The notes beneath the pieces are model-generated. The model was not told the DNA's origin, did no database searches, and saw only the letters and a program-made list of their open reading frames with translations. This document shows, piece after piece, positions 1 through 13,433 of a stretch of 63,493 bases of DNA. Positions within the stretch are counted from its first letter, which is position 1, and the number at the start of each line of letters is the position of its first letter. The DNA comes from Phoronis australis. Its lineage: Eukaryota > Animalia > Phoronida. The stretch covers positions 442,100 through 505,592 of the forward strand of contig NMRA01000276.1 in NCBI GenBank assembly GCA_002633005.1, given 5' to 3'. The translations under genes and the position numbers were made by a program.

Positions 1-395
1 ACTAACAGTACAGGTCTTCGTTCTTTAACAACCGGAGGCTGCTGTTACGCGATCATTTGATATTCAAGTTTTTACGCCCCGTCGGTGCTCCTTAATTATG
101 CTCTTGAATATTTGGAAATTGTCTAAACCGCTGTATCACACCACACTTTTTCGTATACGACTTTTCGTATGCTAAAAAAGGTGTGTGTAAGCAGATGTTC
201 CAACAAAAATTTTTGCTGGTGGCGTGACTCATACCCAGATGTGCACAATATGGTTTCACGAAACTTATGAGCCAAGTTCATGTGACGAAATCGAGAAAGG
301 TTTTTAATTATCTTAAGAAAAACTCCAGAGACATGTTAAGTGCCAGAAACTTACCAGGATGCATGGAAATTTCACAATTTGGCTACAAAAACAAA

Positions 396-520
396 AAAAT
401 ATCTTACACGGGAGGGGAAACCCCCCTGCCGACCTCCCCCCGCTCGGCGCCACGCGCCTAGGATTCGACCTTGGCGGGAATCTTAAACCCCCCCTTGCTG
501 AAAACGTAGATCCGCCACTG
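396..520. mobile_element. Right end of a non-autonomous DNA transposon (terminus ...GATCCGCCACTG)
   Basis: Same terminus and similar G/C-run subterminal block as the elements at 16376-17231 and 22577-23587; left end not located. Confidence 0.5.
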
Positions 521-629
521 TGTATAATTCATTTTCAATTATGCTGCAGTGTTATTAGTGTCGCCGGCGTAGCATGTCAACTGTTGCTAGCGTAATGCTC
601 GAGCTTTATGACGATGGCCGGTGTACCCC

Positions 630-895
630 TGTTCTTACAAGCAAATATGACCATATCCTCTATCTGGGAATTTAATCATGTCACAGAGGAGGCGTTGTCT
701 ACTTGATAGATACTTATTTGCCAAATTTCATGAAATTATATCACGCTGTCCCATCTACGATAAAAGCATGTCTGCAAAATTTCAAGAACATCCATCTGGG
801 GACATAGGGCACTAGCGGACGCCGGACGGACGGGCGCCAGGACGGTTGGAAGAACAGACGTAACGGCATAATGCGCCCACATATAAACATACATT
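630..895 (-). mobile_element. 5' fragment of the DINE-1/HINE-like family
   Basis: Reverse complement contains TATGTGGGCGCAT, a CCGT/CCGG microsatellite-like tract and TTTCATGAAATTTGGC, as in the copy at 32375-33710. Confidence 0.55.
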
Positions 896-1464
896 TAGAC
901 GCGCACGCGTACGTGTGAGTGCGTGTATGTGTGTAATAAATTCCATGCACTACACACCGGCGTACGTTTCACATCTTTTACGTGGTGTTGAAATAAATAA
1001 AGTTCACTGACGCTAAACAGTGACGGGTCAGCACAGTACGTTCACGATCACACCGAGTAATTCCAGTTTCCGTTCACAACTGCTCATCACTGTGTTAGCC
1101 TTTCTTTGTGTTGAAATGTTCCAATTTTCAGAAAACCCAACAGAGCATCAGTAAAACAAGTGTTAACACTATATTTTGTGCGTCATCTCTTCATAGCTAT
1201 ATGGTTGATTAATTTAGTGTCGAAATAACGGCAATTTGCAAAAACGACATCAAACTGACCGACGCCGAATTTCGTCTGCGATCGCTTTCTAGTTTTCTTG
1301 ATGTCAGGGTTAGCCTTGTAGTGTTAAGCTGGACAGAAAACTTTCGTTAAGGTCAACATATTAAAGCCAATATTGAAGGCACCGGTGTAAGATTAAATTT
1401 TGACCACTCGTAGAAAAATGAGCCGTTGAAAATTGACCCGGCCAATTAAATAAGGACCCTACTC

Positions 1465-1704
1465 TATGCGCTAACCCAGAGGGGGGGGGCTCGAAGGAGC
1501 CCCCCCATTTGGCGAAGTGGGCAAAAAGGTCCGCCCCTGAGAGACAAAATATCCGAGGAAATGGGACAAAAGTCCAGTAAATAAGCGCAAACGCGCAATT
1601 CACAGTGGTGCTCCCGTGTTTTTTTTAGTCCGCTCTTTTGTTAGCAAAAGGTCCATAACGTCAGGAATTCGAGCCCCCCATTTTTTAGGTTGGGTGCGCG
1701 CATG
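1465..1704. mobile_element. MITE with CATGCGCGCACCCA-type TIRs and 5-bp TSD
   Basis: Termini tatgcgctaacccag ... ttgggtgcgcgcatg; TACTC on both flanks (1460-1464, 1705-1709); related to 13434-13659. Confidence 0.7.
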
Positions 1705-1800
1705 TACTCGTGTGAAAAAATGATCCTCGTTAAATTTTGACTCCTGGCTTTGACGTTTGTTAGAGGATGTTTTACATACACACAGGGGTCTCACTAGGAA

Positions 1801-3349
1801 CATGGGCGGATTTAGTGGCGAGGCAGATGACAACCCCCTCTGACAGACAACAGCAAATAAAATAAACAACACTGCCATATATAGTTTATGTCCCTGACTC
1901 ACACGGCAAATGGGTATTGCAACGCCGTGATTTCACAAACAAATATGTGGCCACCAAAAAAGGCCACACGTCAACGGACAGTGGCCACCACATGAGTCAT
2001 GGTGCAGAATGTATCCGACGGCTCCCTGCCAGGAGTATCCCACCCCAAAGGAACACTCGCAGCATTGCGTGTCCACAAGGCCTTGCCTGATTTTTTTCAC
2101 CCGACCCTCTTTGCAGTTAGTTATTTGTATTGCGGGCTGCAATTCTAAAATCAACCATTTGGATGCATCTCTGCAGTTTATTCCCTGTTGGTGGGGACGA
2201 AATAAATTAGTTCCTCGTGCATGGATACATATAAAAGATCAAAATTAAAGACTGATTTAAAGTGACGCCTATTACTGGTGGAAAGTGAACTTTTGGAATC
2301 CCTTCAGTGGGATTATTGCTTGGCTGACATAAATGTTTGGAGTCATTTAGACCCCCGTGTGGAGTCCGCAAACGGAACTGAAAAGAACCTCCTTCCAGCA
2401 ATTTTTTAGACAAGGATGTCATCTTTGAACATAGGTGGTCCCCGGGTGATCCCACAATCCGCCAATGGGTATCTGGGAAAAGAAATTGTCGTAGAGGCAA
2501 TAGCAGGAAGGAGTTCGCCTCGACAGCAAGCAAGTTGTGCATGTCGGCGCCATAGTTTTCCATGAACCCCTCCTCAGTGTCTACGCGCCCACGTTACTGT
2601 AGTTTACTGTCTTTAGACCCAGGGACAGATTTAAAAAGTAGAGACCCTGTACTTAGGAAGCTGGTGAGGCCCCTTGGCCCATTCCAGTCCTTAAAATCGT
2701 AACAGTTGGTGTTTTTTCTCGAACGGATTTTCACGCACGGTTTCTCAGTATTGCGCACAGTTTACCTACTACTCCGCCCGACCTTGACGCGTTTATACCC
2801 CATTTCTTCATGGTTTTCACTGCCAACAACGGTCGAAGATCCACATGGCATAACTTTCCTTGGATCTTTTTAACCAATAAAGTGGGCCTTTTCCCCACAG
2901 AGGAGTTCGATCAAGGAGTGTTCTATCGATTCCCAAAACCCCCATCCCCTCCCGGCTACTTGTTCGAATTATATGAGCACCCCCTTTTGAAACTCTGTAT
3001 CCGCCAGTAAAGACCGATTAGTACGATTGTCGTCCATTTACCGTAGCCCTAAATCAAAAACGTGCCGCTTTGGGTATGCCTATGCATCAGTGTTCGCTAT
3101 ACACGCGACGACTGAAAAAGGGCGACAGAAAAAAAATAACAAAATACCTCCCAGAACCTGCGGAACAAAAGGCCGAATGTCGGGAAGTGAGTAAGTTTGT
3201 AACAAAAACCCAGGGCAGGGTCCACATGATTTAGGGGGCTTATCTTAACCCCGAACGGGACCCGTAATATAGTCAGGAAACACTCCCACAGTTCCGTCCG
3301 GTGGTGATGAAACTTGAGCATAGCCTATGGCCCCAGTTATCCGCCACTG
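1801..3349 (-). mobile_element. Decayed ~1.55-kb DNA transposon with hAT-like termini
   Basis: Termini CATGGGCGGATT ... ATCCGCCACTG; GC-richer interior resembling decayed coding sequence; no TSD match and no clear transposase motif. Confidence 0.35.
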
Positions 3350-4869
3350 GTGCTAACTAAATCAAAGAAACCACACAACATTACTGTATTATATGTCCGT
3401 GCACTCTTTATCGATTGTTATAGACGAAAACCGTTGAAAAATGACTCCCAATGACACGATCTCAACGGACTGACAAGAACTCAACAGCGGCGATGGACCA
3501 AACTTTAACGGTGATTGTTCAAACCTGAAAAAGTGGCCCGGATAGTTTTTTCACGGGGATCAAAATTTAATGTTACACATCCATCTTTTTGACAAAGCAT
3601 ACTGGCGCGTGCGTGAAACAAACGAGCACTTCCTGTCCAAGAACTATAACAGTGTCAACTGACGAAACTTCTGCGTTCCCGGCCTTGTAGTTTAAATCTT
3701 CAGTCTGGTCTTTTGGGCAAAGTTTGCCGTCCGTTGGAGTGACGCTGCCGGACCCCACAACTTGTCCTGGAGCTTTATCGGAATGGGCCACGTCTGTCCT
3801 CAGTTAGGGTGTCAAATTATAGGTTAGTTCTGTAGGATGTGGTCTGGTACCTGTGGGCCATTGCCACACGGAGAATTCATCAGCGTGAGAAAATTTTAGG
3901 CGATACCGGTGAGACAAAAACTGAAGTGGGCCAGGCGGGGAAGCATTTTGTCCGGAAGCCGTGACTTTGTAGCCGCGTTTGCATAACACACTTTATTATT
4001 TAGTTGCAAGCGATGAAAAGTGTCCGAACAAGCGTTGAAAAGGAGAAACCGAAAAAGCGGTTATCTGTAATGAAGAAAAACACACAGTCTGAGTACTCGG
4101 CAAGCAAGCGTAATTAACAAGCACTATATACCAAGAGCGTTAGAAAGACTCGCGACAATGACTCTATGACAGGCAAATACTACATGTACCTCGCTAACAA
4201 TACACAATTAACTGGAACCCGTACTATCTATTCTACTACTGGAAACCATTACCATGCACAAACAACTGCCTAACGCAACATATACGCCAAACAAGCAGCT
4301 GAATGAAACTATACGTTAAACAACAACTATACACGCTCTGAACTTAGTTTGTAGATACACACGAGTACAACATGCTATGCCATAATACTCAGTACTTACA
4401 ACAGTTTGGCCAACAGTCTGTGCTTAATATAAAAGTTCCAGCACCTGAGGAAAACACATGATTCGCGTTACAGATCTTGTCAACGAATGCCGCTATACAC
4501 GAGAAACGCTAGTCACCAAAACCCGCGTAACATACAGAGGCTAATACGCAATAATTGCCGGCCGGTCATGCTACTGTTAGATTATGCAAATGCTAATTGT
4601 AGCCACTGGAAAGAACCGGCATACTTAAAGAAACCCAATCACAGCGGCGAAAGATGTACTGCTATCTGTAAAGAAAATAAACAGCGTGATATGTAAACAA
4701 AACACAATAACCAATGACAAAAATGACGCACATCATCAACACACTTTGAAGATGTAATTAATTAAGATAACCACTTTGAGTTGTTTTAAGAGCCACCGGT
4801 CTTGTTTACCTGAGCGTAACGTTAGGGTTAACAAATTCACGTATAGACCTGCTACGGTGATTCAAGCAG

Positions 4870-6774
4870 ATGAACTCCATTAGGCAAATTAGGTCAACGT
4901 TTTTGTTGTGGTATTGTCTTATATTTTCTGTGATGTCATCGTTTATGACGTCGTTCTTAGGTTCAGCCAAAATACACACTTGCTTTGAGAACATCGTCGT
5001 CCATTCTTCTAATACATAACATTTGGCGTAGTTGGCAGCATGCGGATCTGAACCGATTATGAGTGAGTTAGCTGGAATTATATCGTTGTTACAGCAATTA
5101 ATCAACAAACAGCAGGAAAATAACCAGTGGTTCCCTGAGATGATTACACGTACACTCGTGCAGCAACCAACTGCTTCGACACTAACACTTACATTTCCAG
5201 CTTTTGCCTCTTTTGATAGTTCCATCGAGTTACGGAAAGATTACTGGTCACGTTTTTGAACTTTCGCAGGTAGGAGCCAATTCCATACGAGCCGAAAAAT
5301 AACCCCAAGTCTTTTTAACAAACCAAACTTCGACGGTAGACCTATACAAGTCAATGGGTAAGCTGGCAGAAAAACAAACGACACCCAAGGATGTCAAACA
5401 GCTAACCATAATTGAAATAGCAAAATTTATGGCGAATCATTTCCATCCAAAGTGTTTTACAGTACGAGAACTCTTCAAATTTTGGCCGACACCAAACGAA
5501 AGCTAGGTGAAACAATCCAGGAGCTTGGAGCACGCATTCGGAAATATGACGCAAAATGCGACTTCCCAGCCATAATCGACCCGCAAGATGAAGCGACGAG
5601 AACACGATTTCGTTTGTTAAATCAACAACGACACTGTTAAAAAAATCTTTATAAGATAAATGACGATAAATTGTCATTTGCTAATTTAAAGCTATTGAAA
5701 TAGCTATTGAAATTGAACATACGGCTAAAGTTGCCAAGGAAACAGTTTATGGACCAAAAGAGGAAAGTGTGCTTAAGGTAAATAAGCAACCGCGTTTCAA
5801 TGCAAGACAATGAAGTAAGTCACGAGAACCTAAAACAGCACATTCTCGGGACCCAACAAGAGATATTCCTAAAGGTATTCGTTGAGGTTGTGGAAAAAGC
5901 GTTCATTTCGCAACTGATTTTCGGTAACAGGAAAGGTCATACAGAGGCAGCATGTCTAAGTAAAAGAAGAAATTCAGAGACCGAAGTGAGCAATATTTTT
6001 GCAAGACCTATAAAAAAGTTACTTATATTTCGGACTGGGATTCAATTCAGGTTGTTGTGCACATTTGCAACAAAAATCATTTTTTTATTTTTAAAATAGA
6101 CACAGGATCACCGGACAATTTCATTTCAGAGAAGGTTTAGTTAAGTTAGGGAAACCATCACTATCCCCATCACACGGTATTACATAGCAAATGAAAAACC
6201 ATTACCTGTCTTGGGAATTTTTTTGCAGATGTAAAGTTACAGTCTAACTAGCAACATAGTGCAAAAATTGAAATCAACAAACACGAGTTAAATGTTGTTG
6301 GCCGAACGGCAGTTCGACAACTAAGAATCCATGTCACTGCTCTCTGTAAGATTCCCGTTTTGCGTGAGGACAACCAACGGGGAGAGTTGGTGCTGTTTGT
6401 CATGAGGACGGGAAAAGTGATATAAAGTTTCAGAAAGATGCGGAAATATCTGCAATGAATTTCCAGATTTATTCAAATCCGAACTGGGTTGTTTAAAAGA
6501 TTTTGAATTTGGTATAAAATTCAAGCCCGATGTCTAACCAATATTCTACAAACATCGCACAGTACCGTTTGCACAAGGCGTATGATGCTGGAACTAAACG
6601 TGGAATTTTGGAATAAATCCTGCCAACTGCGCCAAACGTTATGTATTAGAAGAATGGACGACGATGTTATCAAAGAAAGTGTGTATTTTGGCTGAACCTA
6701 AAACGACGTCATAAACGATGACGTCAGAGAATGTTTAAAATACCACAACATACACCATTCTTCTAAAACATAAC
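4870..6774 (+). mobile_element. Rearranged Ty3/Gypsy (Mag/K02A2.6-like) LTR retrotransposon remnant: LTR end, PBS, gag, protease
   Basis: LTR end ...CATAACA (5021) then PBS TGGCGTAGTTGGCAG (5024-5038); frameshifted gag (FDSSIELRKDYWSRF, RKLGETIQELGARIR..KCDF, knuckle-like KGHTEAAC); protease IDTGS at ~6096; EFPDLFKSELGCLK..RTVPFA linker at ~6457-6573, then truncated. Confidence 0.85.
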
Positions 6775-7733
6775 AGTTTTGAAATACTTTGCAATTCAAT
6801 CACATTATATCGAAATCTCAATTAGAATTGTAATTAATTGTAATAAAAATGAAGACGAATAGAGCAAACGGGTAACAAGTTGTTATGAAGTCTTCATAAA
6901 ATATCCGCATGATCAAACCACTGAGTAAGAACCTGACAGCAAAACAGGCCGAGCTCACTGCGGAACGTCGGAAGAGTTTTAGGAATGACGTCATTGTCTG
7001 TGAAAAGTTAGCAGTATATTTTCAGGTCAGTTCAGCTACTGGATTTAATTTGAAAACTACGTAGGAAAGTACCATCTGCTGTCTGTTCTCAGCCAGAAGG
7101 TGTTAGCTGAGGCAAAGATACTATATCCCAAGATAGGTAATTATAAAACCTTTGGCTGAGGGAGAGAGCCAACATAATATTTTCCAACCACTAAAATTTA
7201 GCTATGAATTAACACATATTCTATAGTTTTATTCAATATGACGGTCTAACTCACACTTCGGTACTCCAGTGAATGCTCGGGTTGCTGGCGTCATGCCGGA
7301 GTATGTCGCATTTTCACGCACTACTTGTTGCCTCAAGTGGACACCTGCACTGGAGTGCGCCTCTATGAATGGACTCAAACGAAGCTTTTTGGCTGTGCCG
7401 GTACCGTAAGCCATACTTCCGCATATCCGCACATTTAGGCCTCGCTGCATATACCATACATGGCCGAAATTTAGACATATAAGGAGATACCCGAAATATT
7501 TAGGCTAGATCGAGTTCTATGGTGGAACCAAGGCAATAGCAAGACGAGAAATGTCACTGATCTCTGCTATTTATATTTATACTCTTGGCAATTCAATGTA
7601 TGGCCTGAGCTCAGAAATCTAATGTGGTGAAATAGAACGAACACAAGACTTTTTCGCTTTTCTCTTTCCTCCTTGTCACTGTGCAACCCGATGGCAGAGT
7701 CACACTTAGTCAGTGTGTCATGTCCGACATTAA

Positions 7734-8686
7734 AGGCGAAGGTAACCTTTTTCATGTCACTTTTAGCAAAAATAAGGTTCGTTGATTATCCCAGACACAT
7801 TTTTCACTTAGTTACAGCTTTTCATAATTTGATTAATTTCTCGTCCTCTACTCCGGAAGTGACGTTTTGGGAGGCAAGAGTCGCGCCAATATTTCTTTTC
7901 ATTATTGTCTGACTGTGAGAGCTGTCGAGTCAGTCATTGTTCTACCTCGGTTGTGATAAGTTCGGTCGTCGTTTGCTTTTGTTTACAAGTCAGTCAACAT
8001 GCCACGCTGTTGCTGCGTGCCGGGATGTACTCATTATCGTCTCACACGCGCTTTGGGTACCTTGCGTCGCTTTCCGAAGGATGACGCACTTCGCCGTACT
8101 TGGCTAGCTCGTTCATGTGAAGAACGCAGCGCTACCCGTCCACGCAACGTACGAAGCAGTGGAGGGTTACCGAGTGTGTGGCAAGCATTTTCTGCCGTCA
8201 GATTACGACAGAGATATGTACGCTGAATTGATGAAGGTCCCTGCGAAACAACGCCTGAAGAAGGGTANNNNNNNNNNNNNNNNNNNNNNNNNNNNNNNNN
8301 NNNNNNNNNNNNNNNNNNNNNNNNNNNNNNNNNNNNNNNNNNNNNNNNNNNNNNNNNNNNTTCTTCGTCTGTACGTGAGACGATAATGAGTACACCCCAG
8401 TACGCAGCAACAGCGTGGCATGTTGACTGACTCATAAGCAAAAGCAAACGACGACCGAACTTATCACAACCGAGGTAGAGCAATGACTGACTCGACTGCT
8501 CTCACAGTCAGACTATATGAAAAGAAAATGGCGCGAAATTCTTGCCTCCCAAAACGTCACTTCCGGTGTAGACGACGAGTAATTAATTAAATTAAGAAAA
8601 GCAGTGAATAAGTGAAAAATATGTCTGGGATAATCAACGAACCTTATTTTTGCTAAAAATGACATGAAAAAAGGTTGCCTTCGCTT
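7734..8686. mobile_element. Kolobok-like foldback element with THAP-coding arms
   Basis: TTAA on both sides (7730-7733, 8687-8690); termini AGGCGAAGG ... CCTTCGCTT; >300-bp inverted arms; N-gap in the centre. Confidence 0.8.
7999..8266 (+). pseudogene. THAP zinc-finger domain (one frameshift) in the Kolobok-like element
   Basis: MPRCCCVPGC..RFPKDDALRRTWL joined after a frameshift to YRVCGKHFLPSDY..RLKKG: C2CH THAP signature with conserved P, W and F. Confidence 0.85.
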
Positions 8687-10199
8687 TTAAGTGTCCATGT
8701 ACGGGTAGTTAGCGCTGGATGCAATATTTCTCGACACTAGTCGTGCGGGGGATTCCGTATGAAGTCGCCTTGACGTCACAGAACTGGAAAGTATTCCTCA
8801 AAGATGGCTGCCAGTATTTGCCGATCCGCATTGTGACATTTATAGTAAAAATATACGGCAAAAGTTTCTAATATCGAGTTATTTCTTAATATTTAGCAAA
8901 CTTAAACAATGAATTGTAGGTTTCAATAAAATTTATAATTAATAAATGTTAAAATTCTTCGTTCAGCCTTCATTATCGCCGAGGTTGTCTTGGAACAGGC
9001 CGTCTTTTTTCCGTCTTGGCCGTGCCGTCCAAAGCCGTCATTTTTTTTAAAGGACCGTCCCAAGGACGGCCAGGACGGCCGCTAGATGAGAGTCCGGTTT
9101 TTGGCGAACCCAATAAGTGCTTTTCTTCGCAATCTAAAAAATAAAAAGTGGTCATCACTGACCATCCTGAAGGCACTATACACCTGTGTTCGTTCTTCTA
9201 AGAACGCTGTAACACCTGAAGGTGGTTAGAGAAAATGTAGAGATGCGGAGGTCTCGAATTTTTGGGTTTGCGGACAAAAGGTTTCAAAGAAAAGGACTAA
9301 AAAACGGTAAACGGGGTTTGTTGAGGGCCTATGCATTGTTTATTCACCCAACGAAATCCCCGAACCTCCCTGGTTGCGCGCGCACCCGAACTGCCAAATG
9401 GTATCTGGTAGAACTGGTAGAATTTTAGGGGGGGGAGGGTCATGGGCACTTGCCCCCCCTAAATCCGCCACTGAAAACAGAGACTGGTTACACAACACTG
9501 GTCAAAAACTGCATTTTTAGTTTAAGTGTTATTTGTTCGACAGCATTTGCACTGAACAATATTTTATTTGTTTGACCGGGCGTATGTGTTTGGTAGAAAC
9601 TGAAAGATTTGCACATCACGTTAAAACTTTGTGTAAATCCAACGCATATTCACAAATATCAATTTAAACACAGAGGGGATTTCGCATAATTAACTCAGTC
9701 CGGAAAGGAGGGGAAAAGGCATCGGCCTTATTAACAATCACAGTTAAAGCTGATTAATATCTGAAAATATGTGATAAATTTCGTAGCTTAAGTTAGAAAC
9801 TAAAACAGACCTGCGACTGACTGGCTTAAAGCAGAAAGCATAAAATAGTTTTATTGGTTTTACGGAAGCCTTCACTTCTGTTTGGCCTGTTCACAAAATA
9901 AACTGTTGTACATCTACTCTGAGACGCCTCAGTTATTTATGAGCGAGCATTCATTTACTTCTCCTACCGGAAAGTGTTGACGGCTACGATTGTCGTAAGT
10001 ATCTTTTCTTCGGATACGGTCAGAAGGCGATGGAAGCAACCCACTAAACTGAGTTGACCATTATTTTAACCCAACTCGTGCTTAGTTGGATTTTGAAGCC
10101 AGTAACTGTTTATGAACATAAATGACAAGCTTACCTAAGCACAAGCGCAAATTACGAGTGTGAAGTAGTCTACGAACGGCCTCTATTATGAATGTAAAT

Positions 10200-10860
10200 T
10201 TCTAAGTTACGTAATTTATGGGCGTAAAGTGTCTTGTTGAGGGGAAAGTGTCGCCGTAAAATTACGCTCGTAATTACGAAAAAAATTAAATTGCTGGAGT
10301 GTCGCCGTACAATTATACTCGTAAATGGGGAGAAGTTTCGCCGTAAAATTACGCTCGTAATTACGAGCGTAAATTAAATTGCAAAAGTGTTGCAGTAAAA
10401 TTACGTTCGTAAATTAAATGGGGGAAATGTCACCGTAAATTACGCTCGTAAAATACCGAACGTTTCAAATTTAAACCAACCAGTGTTAGCCTAACATACA
10501 CGACTGTTACTGGGCAGCTCGTTGTTGCAACGTTCGCTGACATTGTAGCAGCGATTTCCGCCATGATTCAGCGCTCGTAGCGTAGACATGTAAACCGTCA
10601 GTAAATAAGTATTTCAATGAGCGTGCGCGACCGTGAGTTGTAAAACCGAACGTCATTGTCTAAGAGTTTAAACTAAATTACGAGCGTTATTTTACGCTGT
10701 AAAGAGGAATTAAATTACGCTCGTAATTTTACGGCGTAATTAACGACGTAAATAACGGCGTAATGTACATGATTACGCTCGTATTTTTCCGGCGACACTT
10801 TCCCCCCAACCTCCCAGCATATTATCCTGCGTAAATTACGGACGACACTTCCACCCACTG
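10200..10860. repeat. Foldback-like element built of AAATTACGCTCGTA subrepeats
   Basis: GGGGAAAGTGTCGCCG (~10241) is inverted at CGGCGACACTTTCCCC (~10790); many ATTACGCTCGTA/TTACGAGCGT copies in both orientations. Confidence 0.6.
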
Positions 10861-10900
10861 TAAAGAATTGTTACTGTGTTTTTATTAATTTTGTAGACAG

Positions 10901-11137
10901 GGGGCCCGTTTTGACTTAAGTCTAATATTTGTCTCAGCTTCCAAAATTTGACTCTTCCACATCCGGTACATTAGTCAAACTAAAGACAAAACTTAAGTCA
11001 AAAACCCAGGTCAAACTTAATATCAACTTTTTGAAACGGACTTGAGACAAATTTAAGTTTTATATTAAAATTGACTAAGATTTAAGATTTGTCTTAGCTA
11101 AGTCCGAAAAAACTGTTACAGTTTCTTGGAACGGGCA
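10901..11137. mobile_element. MITE with GGGCCCGTT ... AACGGGC termini
   Basis: Inverted termini; AT-rich interior with GACTTAAGTC-like repeats; abuts the EcKL fragment. Confidence 0.5.
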
Positions 11138-11139
11138 AA

Positions 11140-11777
11140 AGTTCTATAGATTTTATTACTTAGTGGCCATTGGTATTTTTAAGTCGTCTTGCGATGACTC
11201 ATCTAAAACCTAAGATTGCGGATTCACTTGGAAAAAGGGCTGAAAAACCCTACGCGGCGATGACAGAATGTCTTTCCCAGCCAACGGACCCATACGGCGT
11301 CATTTGTCACGGAGACGCGTGGTGCAACAATATGATGTTTCGTTATGATCAAGACGGACGACCTGTGGAGGTCAAACTTTTTGACCTTCAGGTTTGTCGT
11401 TATGCCCTCCCGACTACTGATTTAGCCTACTTTCTGTTCATGAGCACACAACAAGAGACGAGGAAGCAGCATTTTGACCACCTTCTTCAAAGCTACCGTT
11501 CTGCCTTTCTTGGGGTTTTGACACGTTTGGACATAGAGGCTCCCGGACTCACGCTTGATTTCCCGAAGGACATGTTTCAATGCACGGCATTTTACGGAGC
11601 AATGTCAGCGATTAGCAGTCTTCCAGGCATTTTGGTGGACAGCACTGTCCATAGTAAATCGAGAACATGAAGTCTCTTGACGAATTAGTCGAGGCTACTC
11701 AGGTTTCCAATGGAAACGATTTATTTCGAAAAAGAATTCTTGGTATCGTTGAAGATGCCGTGACGATGAACCTTTAG
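11140..11777 (+). pseudogene. Ecdysteroid kinase-like (EcKL/choline-kinase fold) C-terminal half, frameshifted
   Basis: ORF 11170-11670 has VICHGDAWCNNMMFRY and VKLFDLQVCRY..PTTDLAYFL motifs; a plausible C-terminus NDLFRKRILGIVEDAVTMNL* continues in another frame to 11777; N-lobe absent. Confidence 0.85.
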
Positions 11778-13433
11778 GCGAGGAGGTGTTCGTCCGAGGT
11801 ACGGGAATGAACCAGTAATATAAAATATCCGATGTTGACTATACGTGTTTCACGGTTGTATATGTCACGGACTGTTGTTTTGTAGATTAACCCCGATCAG
11901 CTTTTATTAACTAGTACGAATTGAACTGAATATTGTTCGTAACCTATATGCATATAGTCAAATTTTCAACAAAACTAATAGTATATAGCAACCATGTACC
12001 GACGTACGGGGTGTCGATGAAAATTGTTCTTATAGCGAACTTCATAAGGCCGTCAAAAGCCTGGTTATCTTTCCATAATAAACCTGTTCTTTCTGATGGA
12101 CGGAATGAAAAATGTCGCGATCAGTGTTTTCTTTGGTAATTGTATAAACCCTAGCAACATTTCCGGTGGTAGAATGCCCCGCAAAATGGCGCCTGTGTTC
12201 ATAGTGTTTCATTAGAGGCAGATGTCAAAATGAACAATAAGTGGAAAAACTGGCATCGACAAATTCGCATCTGACAAGACAAAATGACCTCCTCGCACCC
12301 CTACTGAGATCACAGAGGAGACTCAATATAGTAGATGGAATTTGCTGATGAAAAAAGGTTCCCCGGCTTCTCCCATTTGTCAAAGAGCTGGTAAATATCT
12401 ATATATAAAATGCATCGTTCGAGCAAACTCCGCCTTCCCCGCTCCACTACAGACCTTCGTTGTGTCCGTTTCGGCACCGCCTTGGTCCCGGGTAGTGCAC
12501 CGGCTCCTATTTAGATTCGAGGTGTACTATGTTTTTCTCGCGAGCCGTTTTTTCACGGACGCGGAGAGAGGATGCCAGTTTTGTACTGGCTTTGGTGACG
12601 TCATCCGTAGGCTTAACAGCGTGGGTGACGTCAGTCCGTCGGCTTCACTGCCTCCGGCTTCCGTCGCGTATATAATTCGTCGTCGGGACTGACGCCGCCA
12701 ACATTAATGGTGTCATTAAAAATGCACTCTTCCTTGAGTAAACTAAATTATTAACCGGTGTTGGAAAAATTGGCGTTGTACCGTTATTCTGCTGCTAAAA
12801 TTGTGATGCGCTCCTTCGGGTCGGCTTTCGGCGCCATGAAATATTGCGTCACCAATTCCCCGATTCTTCAATCAACTTTTCTTCTCTTCCACGAGGTTGC
12901 GTACATGTCATAACAAATTATCGGAACTGGTTTCATTTCGTTACTTAAGTTTTTAGTATTTTAATATCAGCAAACCCAATTTCAGAACAAATTTTGCTGC
13001 TGCGAAGCTGTCATCATCTCCCAAGAGATTTCGCCAAATGTTAGGAAATGGCGCTTGCGCGTGTCACGAGTGCACTGTTTTCAAAACGACGACAGACTTT
13101 TCTTTGGTACAAAAGGGGGAGAATTACGGAAAAAATGTCGTTGTCTAGATTGTTATTTTTTACTTAAACAGTTGTAACGGGCAAGGTGAGCATCGGTTGA
13201 TTCGCAGATTCTGCATGCACCCCGTCGGTCGTTAGTTCTACATATTGATATAAGTTTCACGACGAGGTGACGAGCTGAGCTACCCGGTTTGTGTGAAATT
13301 TCGGTGTCTAACGGAGCTCAACACACGGCTATCCAGCTGTAAGTCGACGATAGTCTTCATACAGCTAGCTGGCTTTCTGCCTCAGTAAACATTTATGATG
13401 TGACTTTTGTATTATATACTTTATGTACAATAG

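Noticed and set aside
3590-3990. Possible BEL/Pao integrase C-terminal remnant on the minus strand
   Set aside because: Only a vague resemblance after assuming several frameshifts.
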